Assembly: GCA_046563655.1 (NCBI GenBank)
Contig: CM102287.1
Location: 4,216,001 to 4,280,000, forward strand
Direction: 5' to 3'
Source of the DNA: Yuukianura sp. NJ FZ-2021
Lineage: Eukaryota
DNA: 64,000 bases
The notes beneath the pieces were generated by a model. The model was not told the DNA's origin, searched no databases, and saw only the letters and a program-made list of their open reading frames with translations. Shown here piece by piece: positions 13,901 through 26,192 of the stretch; positions within the stretch are counted from its first letter, which is position 1; every line of letters begins with the position of its first letter. The translations under genes and the position numbers were made by a program.

Positions 13901-14369
13901 GTAAAAATAATAATAATTTGAAAATTCAATTTAATATAATTTTTGTTACTCAATATTTGTTTGAACCCTAAAACCTCTGATTTCCACCTTCCAAAATTTG
14001 GTTTTGAACGAAACTTGTACTTTACAGTATTTTTCCTGAAACTTTTTAATAGTACTTTTTAAAAGGTATTTTTTATTTTATTTATTATATAATTAATTAA
14101 TTTAATAAAAATTTGAATTTGATGCATGTTTAAATTAATCCATTCCCACTCCAACTCAATGCTTCGAGGTTGAAAACTGCGAAACTTCAACTAGAATTAT
14201 CACGTCATATCGCCATCTTTCGCAAAATTCCAAAGGCGTTACTCTGCAAGTTGCAAAAATGACGCATGTTGTGGCCAATGCCTAACCTAAATTGACCTTA
14301 ATTAACTTCATCTTTAAGTTAGTTTAACTTAATGTTTTTTAACAAAAGGTAGTTGTGTAAATTTTTTAT

Positions 14370-15054
14370 TTACATTCTAAATATTATTTTCCTGTTTCTG
14401 GAATTCTTTGCCTTGTCGGTGTAGAGGTCTTCGTTGACATTGTACAAGTTCGGAGCAAGAGCACAATCTACGTTGAACCTAAAATTTGAACAGAATTAAT
14501 GAATTACATAATATATTTATAAAAGTATATAAATGCTGTGAATTAAATAATATATGAAAAAAATTTCATCTAATGTAAAACAACGAAGTTTACCACCAGT
14601 CGCATATCCTGTGGAGTTGGTTGAAGAGAGTCCCATTTGGACAGAGGAAGCTGTACTTGTAGCCTCCGTCAACACACCAGTGCCAGGCCTAACACAAGGT
14701 CAAAGGTCAATCATACTTTTCTAAATTATAATATAAAGTATATGTAAAAATCTGTGTATTGAAAGTTTGCTAGTCACTTGACAGTTGGTTTCTGGATCAG
14801 CGAAATATCCAATTCGATTGAAACAAGAAAAATGAAGACGCGGAGGTATGGCAGAGTATGCAGGAAAATCAATCCCTGGAATTCCTTCCCTACTCTATAA
14901 AAAACGAAAAATTTTGAAAAACAAGACAAAAGTTTGCACTTTTTGGTTTTTGAGAAAAACTAACCTTTGCAACTCCCAGAACTTGCAGAGTCAGAGATGA
15001 AATGAAAACGAGCACAACGATAGTTCCGACACTTTGCAAAATCCAGCAGCTCAT
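14370..15054 (-). CDS. Small secreted chitin-binding type-2 protein (CPAP1 / U-scoloptoxin(01)-like)
   Basis: Exons 15054-14965, 14894-14778, 14688-14594 and 14478-14370. Signal peptide MSCWILQSVGTIVVLVFISSLTLQVLG is followed by GIPGIDFPAYSAIP..FSC..GYFADPETNCQAWHWC..SFLCPNGTLFNQLHRICDWWFNVDC. Confidence 0.92.
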
Positions 15055-17602
15055 ACCCGAAAACTTATCCCAGAAACTTTTCGTCCCTGTTCGTAAATTT
15101 TTCAAAACCAAAAAATTTGCAACATTTTGCAAACTTTTGCAACCTAGGACCCTCTTCCTCCTGCTCGACTGCTTGTGATGACAGTGAAGATGAAATTGGC
15201 AAAAACAAAGTGATCTCAACGGAAATTTAAGGGCTTCTCCACCCTCAAAAAAATTATACGGCCTCTCTGATTCCATAAGTTAAGGCCCACGTTCAACCCA
15301 GTTTCAACAAGATCATATCTCTCAGGTCACAAATTACACAATTCATTGCACAATTAAAAAAGATGACCCAAAAAGTCAAAATTCTGACACCAAAAAGTTC
15401 TTTTTGAAATACATTTCGAATTCGAAGATATTCATTTTTAAAATTATTCAATAACAAAATTTTAGTGAAACCTAACAGGTGCACGTTTAACACAGGCGGT
15501 TCAACGTGAGAAATTGATCATTTTCAAAGTGGCTTTCCGATTTGAAAATTCAAATTGGAATTCGCGAGTTCGAAAAATCGCGAGTTCGAATTCGCGAATT
15601 TGGTGCCAGGGATTTCGCGTTTATGAATTTAAGAATTAGTATTTCAATTAGAAAAGCCCTAGAACTGTAATTATGTTTTAATTAAGTTAATTGTGATTGA
15701 TAGTTGGTGGAGCTAGTTAACTAATTAATTAAAGTTAGCCATTTGTTAAAGCGTCATCTTCACAACAAAAGAAACAAAAAGAGTTTGTGCAAAAAATAAT
15801 TGCAAAGTGTGAATTCCATTTAGCCCGTCCAAATTAGGCTTTTAACAAGCATTCGCAATAATTTAAAACACCAAAGTGTCACTTATTTTTAATTGCCCAA
15901 ATTTAGACTCAAGGTAGACACAGTGTATTGCACAACTTCGCCAAAAAAAAAATCAGTGTACAAACAAATTTTTGTGTTTAGTTTTTTAGCACATTGCAAA
16001 TAAATTTTGCAACATTCCTCTGTGTCAAATTTATTTATTGCTCCAATTTAACACTCGAACTTTCTCGCCTCAAGTTGTTAATATTGCACCGAATGGAATC
16101 ATTATCGTTGGTCACGACGTTTGGCACGTAAACTCGTGACATTTGACACGTCCAACGCATCAGGAAGAACTTATGTGCAGAAAATTCGCGAATCCAATTT
16201 CCAGTTTTTGCAAATTCGCAAAATTTCGTCATAACCGTGTGAGAACCTATTCACAATTTTCCGTAATATTAAATCTAAATTTGCAACTCAACACTACAGT
16301 TAAATGTCTTCTGCGAGTTTGCCAAATTTTGAGTTTGGATTGTGATTTTTGTTTGAAATTATCAAAATTTAATTTTTTTTGCACCTAATGATACAAATGA
16401 CAACAATGTTACATTTGAATTTAAATAGACCACACGATTCGTCAATTTAATCAATTGCCGCTACCGATTTAAATGGATTGTGCAAATTAGTTTTTAGCGT
16501 AAAGTGCCTCCGTGCAAAAACTTCTGCCAAAATGACATTTCGCACTGAATCATTAGGATCGCTTTCTCTTCCAAAAATTTTTAATTGCTCTTAAGTATCC
16601 ATATTACGCATGCGCAGAAAAGCGATAAATGTGGTCTCAAAATTATTGCCAATTGTTGCCAAATAATTTGAGAGTTGTGAATGTGATCGCTATGGGTGGG
16701 GCTACCTTCTGAACAAAAAAAAACGATTCACAATGTGTTGTGTTGCACATTTAACTGGAGCTCAATTGTTTGTAAAAATAAAATTGCATTGAAGTGATTC
16801 ATCACGATTTTATTTCAGTTTGGTTACATCACCATCAAAAGATCATCTTCAGATACGAATCTAAGAATACCAAATCATCATCAACCTTCCACTTCTCAAT
16901 CTCAATCAAATATCATCTTAAGTACTACTTCACACTTTTCCAAAAAAAAATTGATCAAATTTTGAAAATTTTTAAATTACAGTTTTGATATTCGAATTGT
17001 GTAAGTTCTCATCCGATCAAACTGGATTCTAAGAAATTTCATGTTAAAATAAAAAAAAATTAGTTCGATAAGTGCTGCTAGCAAATCAAAATTGTAAATT
17101 AAATTGAATTTAGGATTTTTTTTATAAAATAAAAAAATAAATTATAATTTGTTAACTAAATTTATGTCTTGGTGTGTCACCAACGCTGCTGAATCATCGA
17201 TTTGCGTAACCATGTTGTCATTGTCATCCTATCCTCTGGATAAGATAGTCGGAAGTCTATTATTGCCTAAGTACATTTCACATCTGCTAATCGCTGCTCG
17301 GCGCTTATCTTCACACTATTCTGACTCCACTTAGCTTCTAGTAGTGTCAAATGACACTTCATTCCTCCAGAAAGTCCAGTTTCGGTACTCACAATTTATT
17401 CACAGCACAAAAAATTACACGATTTGCACCTCCTGTATTTGAAGTTTTGCTAAAAAGTGATCTAAGCACTAATTCATCAACAGCGACACTTTTAGTTCAG
17501 CCGAAGCCTAATTTGTCATTCCATCATTCATAAGATTTTGAAAAGTTGAGTTTTTCAGTTTTTGGAAATTTCATCGAATTTGAAATTTCGAAACACTTCA
17601 AA

Positions 17603-19037
17603 ATGGAAGACGATTTTGAGCTGAGCAGTGACCGGGGACCTCTTCTCAACGGAACCTCATCTCCTGGTAAGCGTTTAGAAGGAATTCAATGAAAGTACGA
17701 TTGCGCAAAAGTGAGTGACTGTGCATGACAATTTCAATTTGGAATTGACAAAAGAACAACGGGATTTCTATGATGAGCAATTGAGGCTAACTAAAAATTG
17801 ACTTTTACAAAAAATTGTGATCTCCGCCCGCTACGTCAGATCCTGTTTCCGCTTCTATTCTTTACACTTTTCGTCTTTCAAAAAGTTCAAACTAAAGCAG
17901 TCATTGTTGACACGCTCGTTTCAAAAGAACTGCTGTCCATTTTGAAAAAAGGAGCAATTTTTGAATAGAGTTGATTTTTGAAACACGGCAGACACAATTT
18001 GTGGCTCAAAAGAATCAGTTTTTCAATCATAATTTTGGAATTTCGACTTTCGATTTTGGAAAGTTCATTAAACTTTGGTGTTTGCAAATTCCTGAGTGTC
18101 GTGTGCTATCTCGAGGAAGTACAAATGGTTTGAGTTTTTCAAAATTTTGGTTTTTGGTGCAGAAATTCCAGATTTTCAAAACGACATGCTCAAATATGCA
18201 CTCAGACGGAGAGGCAGCAGTGATTCAGCTAATAGCCAAAATGACAACAAAGGTCAACAGCAACAGCAACAGCAGAGGTCAAAAGGTCAAGAAATTCAAA
18301 TTCCATTCGACTCAACTGCAATGCCGTTACCACAAGTAAGTAAAATCCAAAAATGAATCCTCTACGACCGAAGCGAAGAACTAGAAAATACACCAAAAAC
18401 TTAAAGTAAATTCAAAAACCGAATTTCGAGTGGTATGAAACAAATTTTCAAAATTTTGATCAAATTATGAATGAATTTTGTTTTGATTTAGCGTTTTGTG
18501 GTGAAGTACTTGGGCGTGCGGGAAACTTCAAATTTGTGGGGCGTGAAGCACACGAGAGGTCCAGTGGACGAAATGGTGGCCGAATCAAAACGGATTTTGT
18601 CCACCACTTCCGGAACTCTGCCACTTTTGACCTTGGAGGTCACCGAATCCGGGGTCACCGTTGGCCCGATGCCCCAAAATGTCAATCCGAACTTTCCGCA
18701 AGGTCGATTCCCCATCGAGTCAATTTCTTATGGCGTCCAAGACTTGGTCTACACACGCGTCTTTGCTATGATTGTCGTAAAGCCCAACAGTGGTACGCAG
18801 ACGCCTGCGTCAGAAACGGAATCGACGCAGCAAAAACTAAGGCAAAATCTACCACCTTTTAGATGTCATGCGTTTGTTACAGACAAGAGAGAGACAGCAA
18901 AGAATTTGACCTTTGCTCTCCAAGCAGCATTTCAAAAATTTAGTCAAAAAGTGGCCAGTAGCAAAGTCAAGTCAAAACGAATTTTGATTGACTTGGGGTC
19001 AGGTCAAGCTCATGAGCAGATGGATTCAGAGGCATAA
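17603..19037 (+). CDS. PTB/PID-domain adaptor protein
   Basis: Exons 17603-17666, 18163-18335 and 18492-19037. PTB hallmarks: FVVKYLG, ISYGVQDLVYTRVFAMIV and FRCHAFVTDKRETAKNLTFALQAAF. Confidence 0.85.
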
Positions 19038-19142
19038 TCTCGTAAAAGCAGTTTTTTTTAAAGAAAAATTTAAAAAATCAAAAACGATATAATTTTTATT
19101 TAGATTTTATGCTTAACTTTTTACTTTTCTTTTTTCCAAGTT

Positions 19143-21674
19143 TCAGTTTTCAATTTTTTCAGGAATTTTTCCAAAATTTTCATTGAGGCTGTAGAAAGTG
19201 GCTGCGTCTTGACATGGCACAGAGTCCTCTGCTCGTGCACAAGTGAAACTCTCCTGTGTAAAAGTTAACGTAAATTGTAAATTTTACGTGAATTTTTGTA
19301 AACTTGTAAATCCGTAAATCCGTAAATTTATACAATGGAAATACCTGATTGAAAATCGTGTCTTGTGGACAGATGAAACTCCACTTGTACATTTTTGCTG
19401 TTTCGTCTGGAAAGGTCACCGGAAGACAAACGTGGAACACCTAATAATATATAACAAAATAAAATATATTAATAAAACTAAACTATTTTATAGAATAATA
19501 AACATTGCATAACATATTATCACAAAGACTATGATATTTCATGTAGAATAGGGAGAAGTTATGATGTAGAAAAAACGAAAAGCCTGGAAGCACTTAAAGA
19601 TCACGAAATTCCTTAAAATTCTACAAGAATCTTTAAATGCACAACACGTTCCGTTTTTTAAGTAAAATTTTAAAATTTTCAGTAAAATCGAAACTTTTTT
19701 TGTAACAACGAGTTTCAATCTGCTGTCAAATTTTGATTTTCCGAGAGATGGAAAAATTGATGTATAAGATTTCGGAGTGTCAAGCTGTCAAAACTTGACG
19801 TTGTCAAACAAAATTTTGTGATCGATCATCGTCTTGAAACTGACAAAAACTCAGATTTGATGAATTGGCATAAGGCAAGTTCGTACATGATGCTGAAAAT
19901 CCTCAAAATTTTTGCCATTTTGGAATGCTTTTTGGAAAAATTTATTTTTTTAAGGTGTTCAATCACTCACCTGACATTCGTTGTCTACATCTGCATAGTA
20001 TCCATAGGCTCTTCCTGGAAGTCAGAAGTCAGAAGAAATATGTACAAAGCTTCATTTTTTACTTAAAAAAATATGAAAGATTTTAATTTTTAATTTTTTT
20101 CATACCATTACAGGAAAAAGTGTCGACGATATTTGCCCTAATGGAAGTGGAATTGCTAGGAAGTCCGAGTGGTTCCAACTGGACTTCCACCCCTTCATCA
20201 TAGTCTCCCGCCCGTGCAAGTCCTTGTGGGGCCTGTTCCACGTCCTCGATTTGTCTTGCTCCACGACCCTAAGCAACAGAGAGGTCAAACTGAGGTCAAT
20301 TTCGTCACTCCTGCGCATGCTCTTGCCCAACCACAAACATTTTCATTAGTTAACACTCTTAAATTAAACCTTTATCCACTAATTGAGTGACTCAAATTGG
20401 ATTCATTTATCCTGACACTTTCCCTTTTAAGGCTCCCCGTCCTCATCAACGCCACAAGTCCCCCACCCATGAATCCCCAGCCACCTTATGCAATTTTCCA
20501 TGCTATTCAACCCCCCCCCCCTAAAAAAGAAGGGGGGGGGGTTCAGAAGTAGCTTCAGTTTCAGCTTCCTAAGGGGGGGGGGGGTTCATGACAGCTAAGC
20601 TTATTATTATATGTAAAAAATTATTATTCGTGTCAATTACATGGACTTTATTGTCTTTGGGAGTTGAATCTGAAGACTTATAGACATGGCACATGCGCAG
20701 AAGTGGATGTTGCAATTCTGAGCAGAAGCAGATGAAACTATTATTGATTTTACGCAATAGCATTATAATCAGACAGCACGAACAAGATGAAGCGACATCT
20801 TTGCATTGGAGAGGGGGCGGGGTAACAATGCAGATTGAAGAGAACTGTCACGTCGTTAATGTGAGCTGGCGGACGGCATGACATGCGCAGTTAATAGAAA
20901 TCATGGTCTGCGGGTGCTCTCAATTGGATTTTCACTCTATTTTTATAAACATACTTTGCACAATGTAACAAGGAAGCGTGATACTTGTGAATGTACTGGC
21001 AAAATACTGGCAAGTAGTTTAAGTAGCATGTTGATGTGTCCATTGTTTTGGACTTTGGGGAGCAACTGGGCTTCACGGGTGTTATGCGGATTGTGCTCAT
21101 GCTCACAGCATTACGAAAACAAATTTGAGTCAGAAACTTTTCACTTTTCTTTTGTTCCCAAATTAGTTCAGACCAGTATTAAAATAAATTAGGTGGAATC
21201 AACTATTTAGGTGTTGTGGTACAACAATGGGATAATCCATTATAATTTATATAATATAATTTTAATAAATCTATAATAACTATTATTATAAATAATTGAA
21301 TTAAACTAAATCTCACCGTCAGATATTGGGGATTACTCAGAGCAGAATTGAGACTGAGGAGAACGCCAACTGAAAAAAAGCAAATTTTTGCAAATTTAAA
21401 AAAAAAAATAGATGTATACCAGTTCTGTGTGGAAGATTGATTTCAGATTGAATTGGATTTTCGATTTTCGAAATTAATTTTTGAAATTTTCAGAAAATTA
21501 AAATTCGAAAACTTAGTTTGATGTCTCTTATAACTTATTTTTGAACATGCATACTAAAAAAAATCACATTCAGTTTTCTAATAAATGTTGGATCAGACAA
21601 AAATAGTTAGCATTTTTAAAAATGTGTATATTTTTTTTTGACTTACGACACAGTGTAAGGAGCGTCCTGGTCAT
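19143..21674 (-). CDS. Small secreted chitin-binding type-2 protein (U-scoloptoxin(01)-like/CPAP1)
   Basis: Exons 21674-21647, 21369-21317, 20268-20106, 20014-19971, 19440-19345 and 19253-19143. Signal peptide MTRTLLTLCLGVLLSLNSALS is followed by LPSNSTSIRANIVDTFSCNGRAYGYYADVDNECQVFHVCLP..WSFICPQDTIFNQESFTC..PC. Confidence 0.92.
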
Positions 21675-24600
21675 TTTGACAACAGAAAATTTCCGATTGG
21701 AGGAACTTTAAGCCGTCTTCAATTCAGCAATTGTTTCCTTTTCAAAATTTCAAATCCAATAGCTACTATACACCGTTTAAGAATCTGTTTTTAAAAAATT
21801 CCGAAATCTTCAGCTCAAGTCGAGGTTTGTTGCTGCCAGAAACAAGGAAGTTTGTGGAACTGTAAGAAATACGTTTTTCTTTCTACGTAGATTTTAAAAA
21901 TTATTTTCTAAATTTTGAAAAATTTTGGACTTATTTTGAAAAAGTTTATGTTAAGATGTTGTGGTTGGGTGGACTGTCGGAGTGTCAATGAGTGAGGCAT
22001 GAAGTGGTTCCAATCAATTTATAAGGAAGAAGGGACGTTGAAAGTGAATCTCAATCCGCATCTTCCTCTCCCTGCATACCTTCAAGATGCACATCCCAGA
22101 AGCACAACATGTGCATCTCCTAGATTGTGCACATCTTGAAAAAAATGTACAGGAATTCCATTGGACAGCACACTCCACACCGAAACAGAAAAACAACATT
22201 TTTTAGAAAAAGTTTTCAAAAAGAATTCAGTTTTTTTGAAAAACATTGCCAAAATGCCGCACAACGAATTACTGACCTTTTTAATTTTTAGAATAGCAGC
22301 GAAAACATAAAAACATTTCCAAGCGGCGAGGAAACATCACAAAATTTTGAAAATTTTGAAACGAATTTTGAACTTTCAGTAAACCGACATTTCTTACCTT
22401 GAAAATTACAAAAATTTAAACGTTTTTGTTAAATACAAAAGTGCTATGCATGGAGGACGAAGATGGACGTGACAAAATCGATTGGCTAAGATTTCATTTG
22501 GTCATAAATGCAATTTTGGATTTGGTTTTTCAAGGTCAGGAAAATTGGAAAAGCCTTCTTTATGAATCACTTATGCTTAAATGATGTTAATTGCAAAGAT
22601 GATTAAGTTAACAGCACAATCTACAGATGTGCGAATTGCAAAATTTGCACATGTGAAAAATAGACTTTAAAAGGGGCGTGTGTGTTTGTGTTTGGACTTG
22701 AATTGACCATGTTTTCCGCTTGAGTTATTAATTGACTCGTCACTTAATTTAAACCTTACTATAAAAAACCATCTTCACGTTAACGCAAATCCGCGCATCT
22801 CCCAGTGCCAATTTTTGGCACACTTAAATTCTCAAATTGACAAACTGATTGAAACCCGCACCAAATCAAAGATTTTCCAATTCTTTCCTATCAGGGTCAC
22901 TGCGTTATTCGTGTCCTTTAATTGTTCCTTCACTCACATTCTCAAAACCGAAACGAATCATTTGAAGAACAATTTTTTTGAAAACTTGAGTTTTTTTGTG
23001 ATTTTATTTCTTTATTTTAACTTTAGTTACATAATGCCAATTTTTTAGGTATATTTTGACATGCATGTTACGGAACATGCAGACGCCAACTACTATGATT
23101 ATGAGCCACCACCATCAGTAGTTTCCTCCTTCCACTTCATTACAAGTTGCAAATTGCTAAAAAATTGCAAAGACAGGGAGAAGTGTCGTGATCTGGGCTT
23201 GCTGAGCAAATTTGCAAAAATTGCAAAAATATTCGCAAGGCAGCCGCCCTGGTCCAATATCCCTTTTCCCTACTTATGATCACTATGATTTTGTGCAAAA
23301 AAATCGCGCAACATAATCTTAAAGTGATCCAATGCAAAAGAGGAAGGAAAAAAATTGACACCTTTTCAAATGACTCAATTTCCACTTTTTTAAACTCAAA
23401 AGTCAAGCCATTTTCAGTGTTGAATTTCAAAAAGAAAAAAAAATCAAAATTTTTGTGTCAAAATTTTTCTTTTCAAGATCTCACTTCATATTCATCGTCA
23501 AATTCTAAACTTTTCAACAACCGTTCAGATTGCTATAATAAAAACGCAGAAAAACTTCGAACGGTTTGAGACAAGAGGAGGTTTTATAAAATCATAAAAT
23601 TTTTATAAAATTTTCAAAATTTTGAAATGAGTTAATTTATGGCATATTTCATTGCAGAAAAGTTGAAGAAATTGGAGGAGGTCGTTGGATGACCTTTCAC
23701 TTGCCTCTTTTTTGGCAAAAAGTGTAAAAACTAATTCCTAATTTCAATAAATTAAGTTAAATTAATTTTTGCAATAACCAAATTGAAGTGTTATGTCGAA
23801 TGATGTATATACTTTGATCTCTCGTTGCAAAAATTAATTTGCAAATTCCCTCTCCCTCTTCTGATCCCTGACATTAATTTTTAAGTTGCAATTTTTAAAG
23901 TTGTTCTTAAGCCCTCCTCTAACATACTCATAAAAACAATAAGTTTGTAGATACTAATTATTTTTAACATGTTACGTTAGGTTTTACTCCCTCGTGATGC
24001 AGCAGCAGCTTACCTTGACACAAACGATCAAGACCTCCTAAATCTTCATCAAAATGTTAAATTTTTTTCAAATTTTTTAATTACTATAAGTTTAGCCCAT
24101 TTGCATAAATTCGTGTCTTGACGTCTTCATTTTTTTGGTAGAAAAGTGACGTGACACTCCTCGCAAACCGCAAATTATTTGCATTGAAAAATCGCCAATT
24201 TGCACAAAAGTTGCAACGGACAAGGACAAGGTTACCTACATTCGCTATTTCAAAAACTAAATAATCACGAAATTTTTTAAAAACTCATCTTCAGTTAAAT
24301 ATTTTTAGCTTTGAATTCATCAAAACCTGAAATTGAAAACTTCCTGCAAAAGCAATTTCCTTGTTGCCAATTTCAGATTTCATTTTCGGCATTTCTTCAA
24401 TAAAACGTTTTGTCTAGAAACCTTGAGGGAAAAATTGTAGTTTTTGTATAAAAAAAACACCGACAAGACAAAAATTCTCTCAAGAATTCCGAAATTTGAA
24501 ATCGAACTTACTAAAAATAGTTGTAACAAAAATTTCCAAAAAGTTGGTCACCCTTTTAATGACACTTCAGGGAAGATTAAGGCTTGTTTTGGCGTTAAGG

Positions 24601-25720
24601 TTAATCCGTACAAGGGTGAGATACAAAGAGTGTCTAATGAAGGTGAACAAATTTTAATTGTTGCGCAGTCGTAGTTCACTTTGTGCAAAGAGTGACTCTT
24701 AACTTTTTAACTTAGGTTTAGGTTAGTTAGGTTAGCTTAAATGCACAATGCAAGTCAAAATGGATTTAGTTATGCAACTATTGTGAGGAACAATAAACAC
24801 ACAAGAAAAGTCATCCCCACCCTCCGGTGGCAGTGGAATTAACCCCAATTTAATAATTGACTTTCAATTCAAAGAGATCTTCAAAAGTACCCCCCTGTCA
24901 AAAGTACCCCCAAAATCAGGGGTTTGAGGGGGGGGGGTTCAAGATGCTCTCAGAATAAGGGGGGGTACTTCGTCCATTCTGAATGAGCAATGAGCATCTT
25001 GTCACGTCATGTTCGTGTCCCATTTATCTTAACATTGTCGAATCCTCCTCAGATTTAGTCAAGATCCTAATCAAAATCAAAGTCTTATGAGGACATAACT
25101 CTTCGGTTAGACTAGGTTCAACACTTTAGATTAGATTAGGGGAATAACCTATAGTCGCATGCTAAAAAGTGTCACAACAGGCGCTAGGTGATCAATCACG
25201 GGAATTGAGGTGAGAGTCATGTAATTAAGAACCTTAAACCATAAAAGAACTCATCTTCTCCTGTAACAAGGCAGAGACACGTAAATAAAAAACAAACCAA
25301 TCAAAGCCACTTCGTCACTCAATCCGTGGCGTAACATTGGATTTGTTCATTTGAACGCAACTTTAATTAGTAACTGATCTTCTGAAATTAAAACTTGAAT
25401 CAAACTTTGATTAAGATTATCAAAGTTAGGCCAAGATTGCAGTTAACTTAAGTGAAAAACCATAAGCCCACCTCTCATTCTTTAAATATCATTGCTCAAG
25501 TTTGCCAGTTTTTAGTTTTCAAGCGTGAATAACAATCGTTCGTTAGTTGGATTTACATTTAGAAAAATAAACAGTTGACTAAAATATGGAATCTGTATAA
25601 AAATAAAATTTCATGCATGTAATTGCTTGAATTCAATTTTCAAAATAATTTTATTTGTTTTAGTTCACTGAAATACTTTGATTTAGCCCATAAATACATG
25701 AGAAACTGGGTGGTCAGGGT

Positions 25721-25930
25721 AGGTGTGAGCTTTCACACCTTCAAAGTGCGATAAAACACTCGATAAGTGTGACCTTTTCACACTACCCAAGGTGTGAGAG
25801 ATAACACCATATAAGTGCGGATTTCACACCATTTAGGTGTGAGATAACACCCGATAAGTGCGACCTTTTACGCCTCGAGGGTGTGATAAAACGAGATAAG
25901 AAAAAGGGATAAGTGGGCCCCAAGATAAGC
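25721..25930. repeat. Degenerate tandem array of about 45-bp units with AGGTGTGA/TCACACC and GATAA(G) words
   Basis: AGGTGTGA occurs at 25721, 25790 and 25835, with an inverted pair AGGTGTGA-GCTT-TCACACCT at 25721-25740. About nine GATAA words are interspersed. Confidence 0.8.
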
Positions 25931-26192
25931 GTGGGTGGTCCAGGTAACAGTTTGCAAACACGCAGTCATGTGACCAGCCTGCGTACAACAAGCTGCGCAG
26001 TGAGTTGGCGCCATTTCCTTATGTTCCCGCTTTTGCAAAGAAAAGCTAAAATTCAGTTAGCTTTTGTCTTGATCTCTGGCACATCATCTTCATTAGACTT
26101 TTTATCACTTGGTTTTAAGAGTTATAACAGTTAATTAACATTTTTGGACTAATTAACATCGCGAAGAGTTTGATTAGGAGGAGTTAAGTCAT

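Noticed and set aside
22081..22140. Imperfect hairpin as a candidate pre-miRNA
   Set aside because: The stem is short with competing pairings and matches no miRNA I recognise. It may just be a local inverted micro-duplication.
25721..25930. Repeat array as a CRISPR-like locus
   Set aside because: The units are degenerate, have no unique spacers, and lie in a eukaryotic context with no cas genes.
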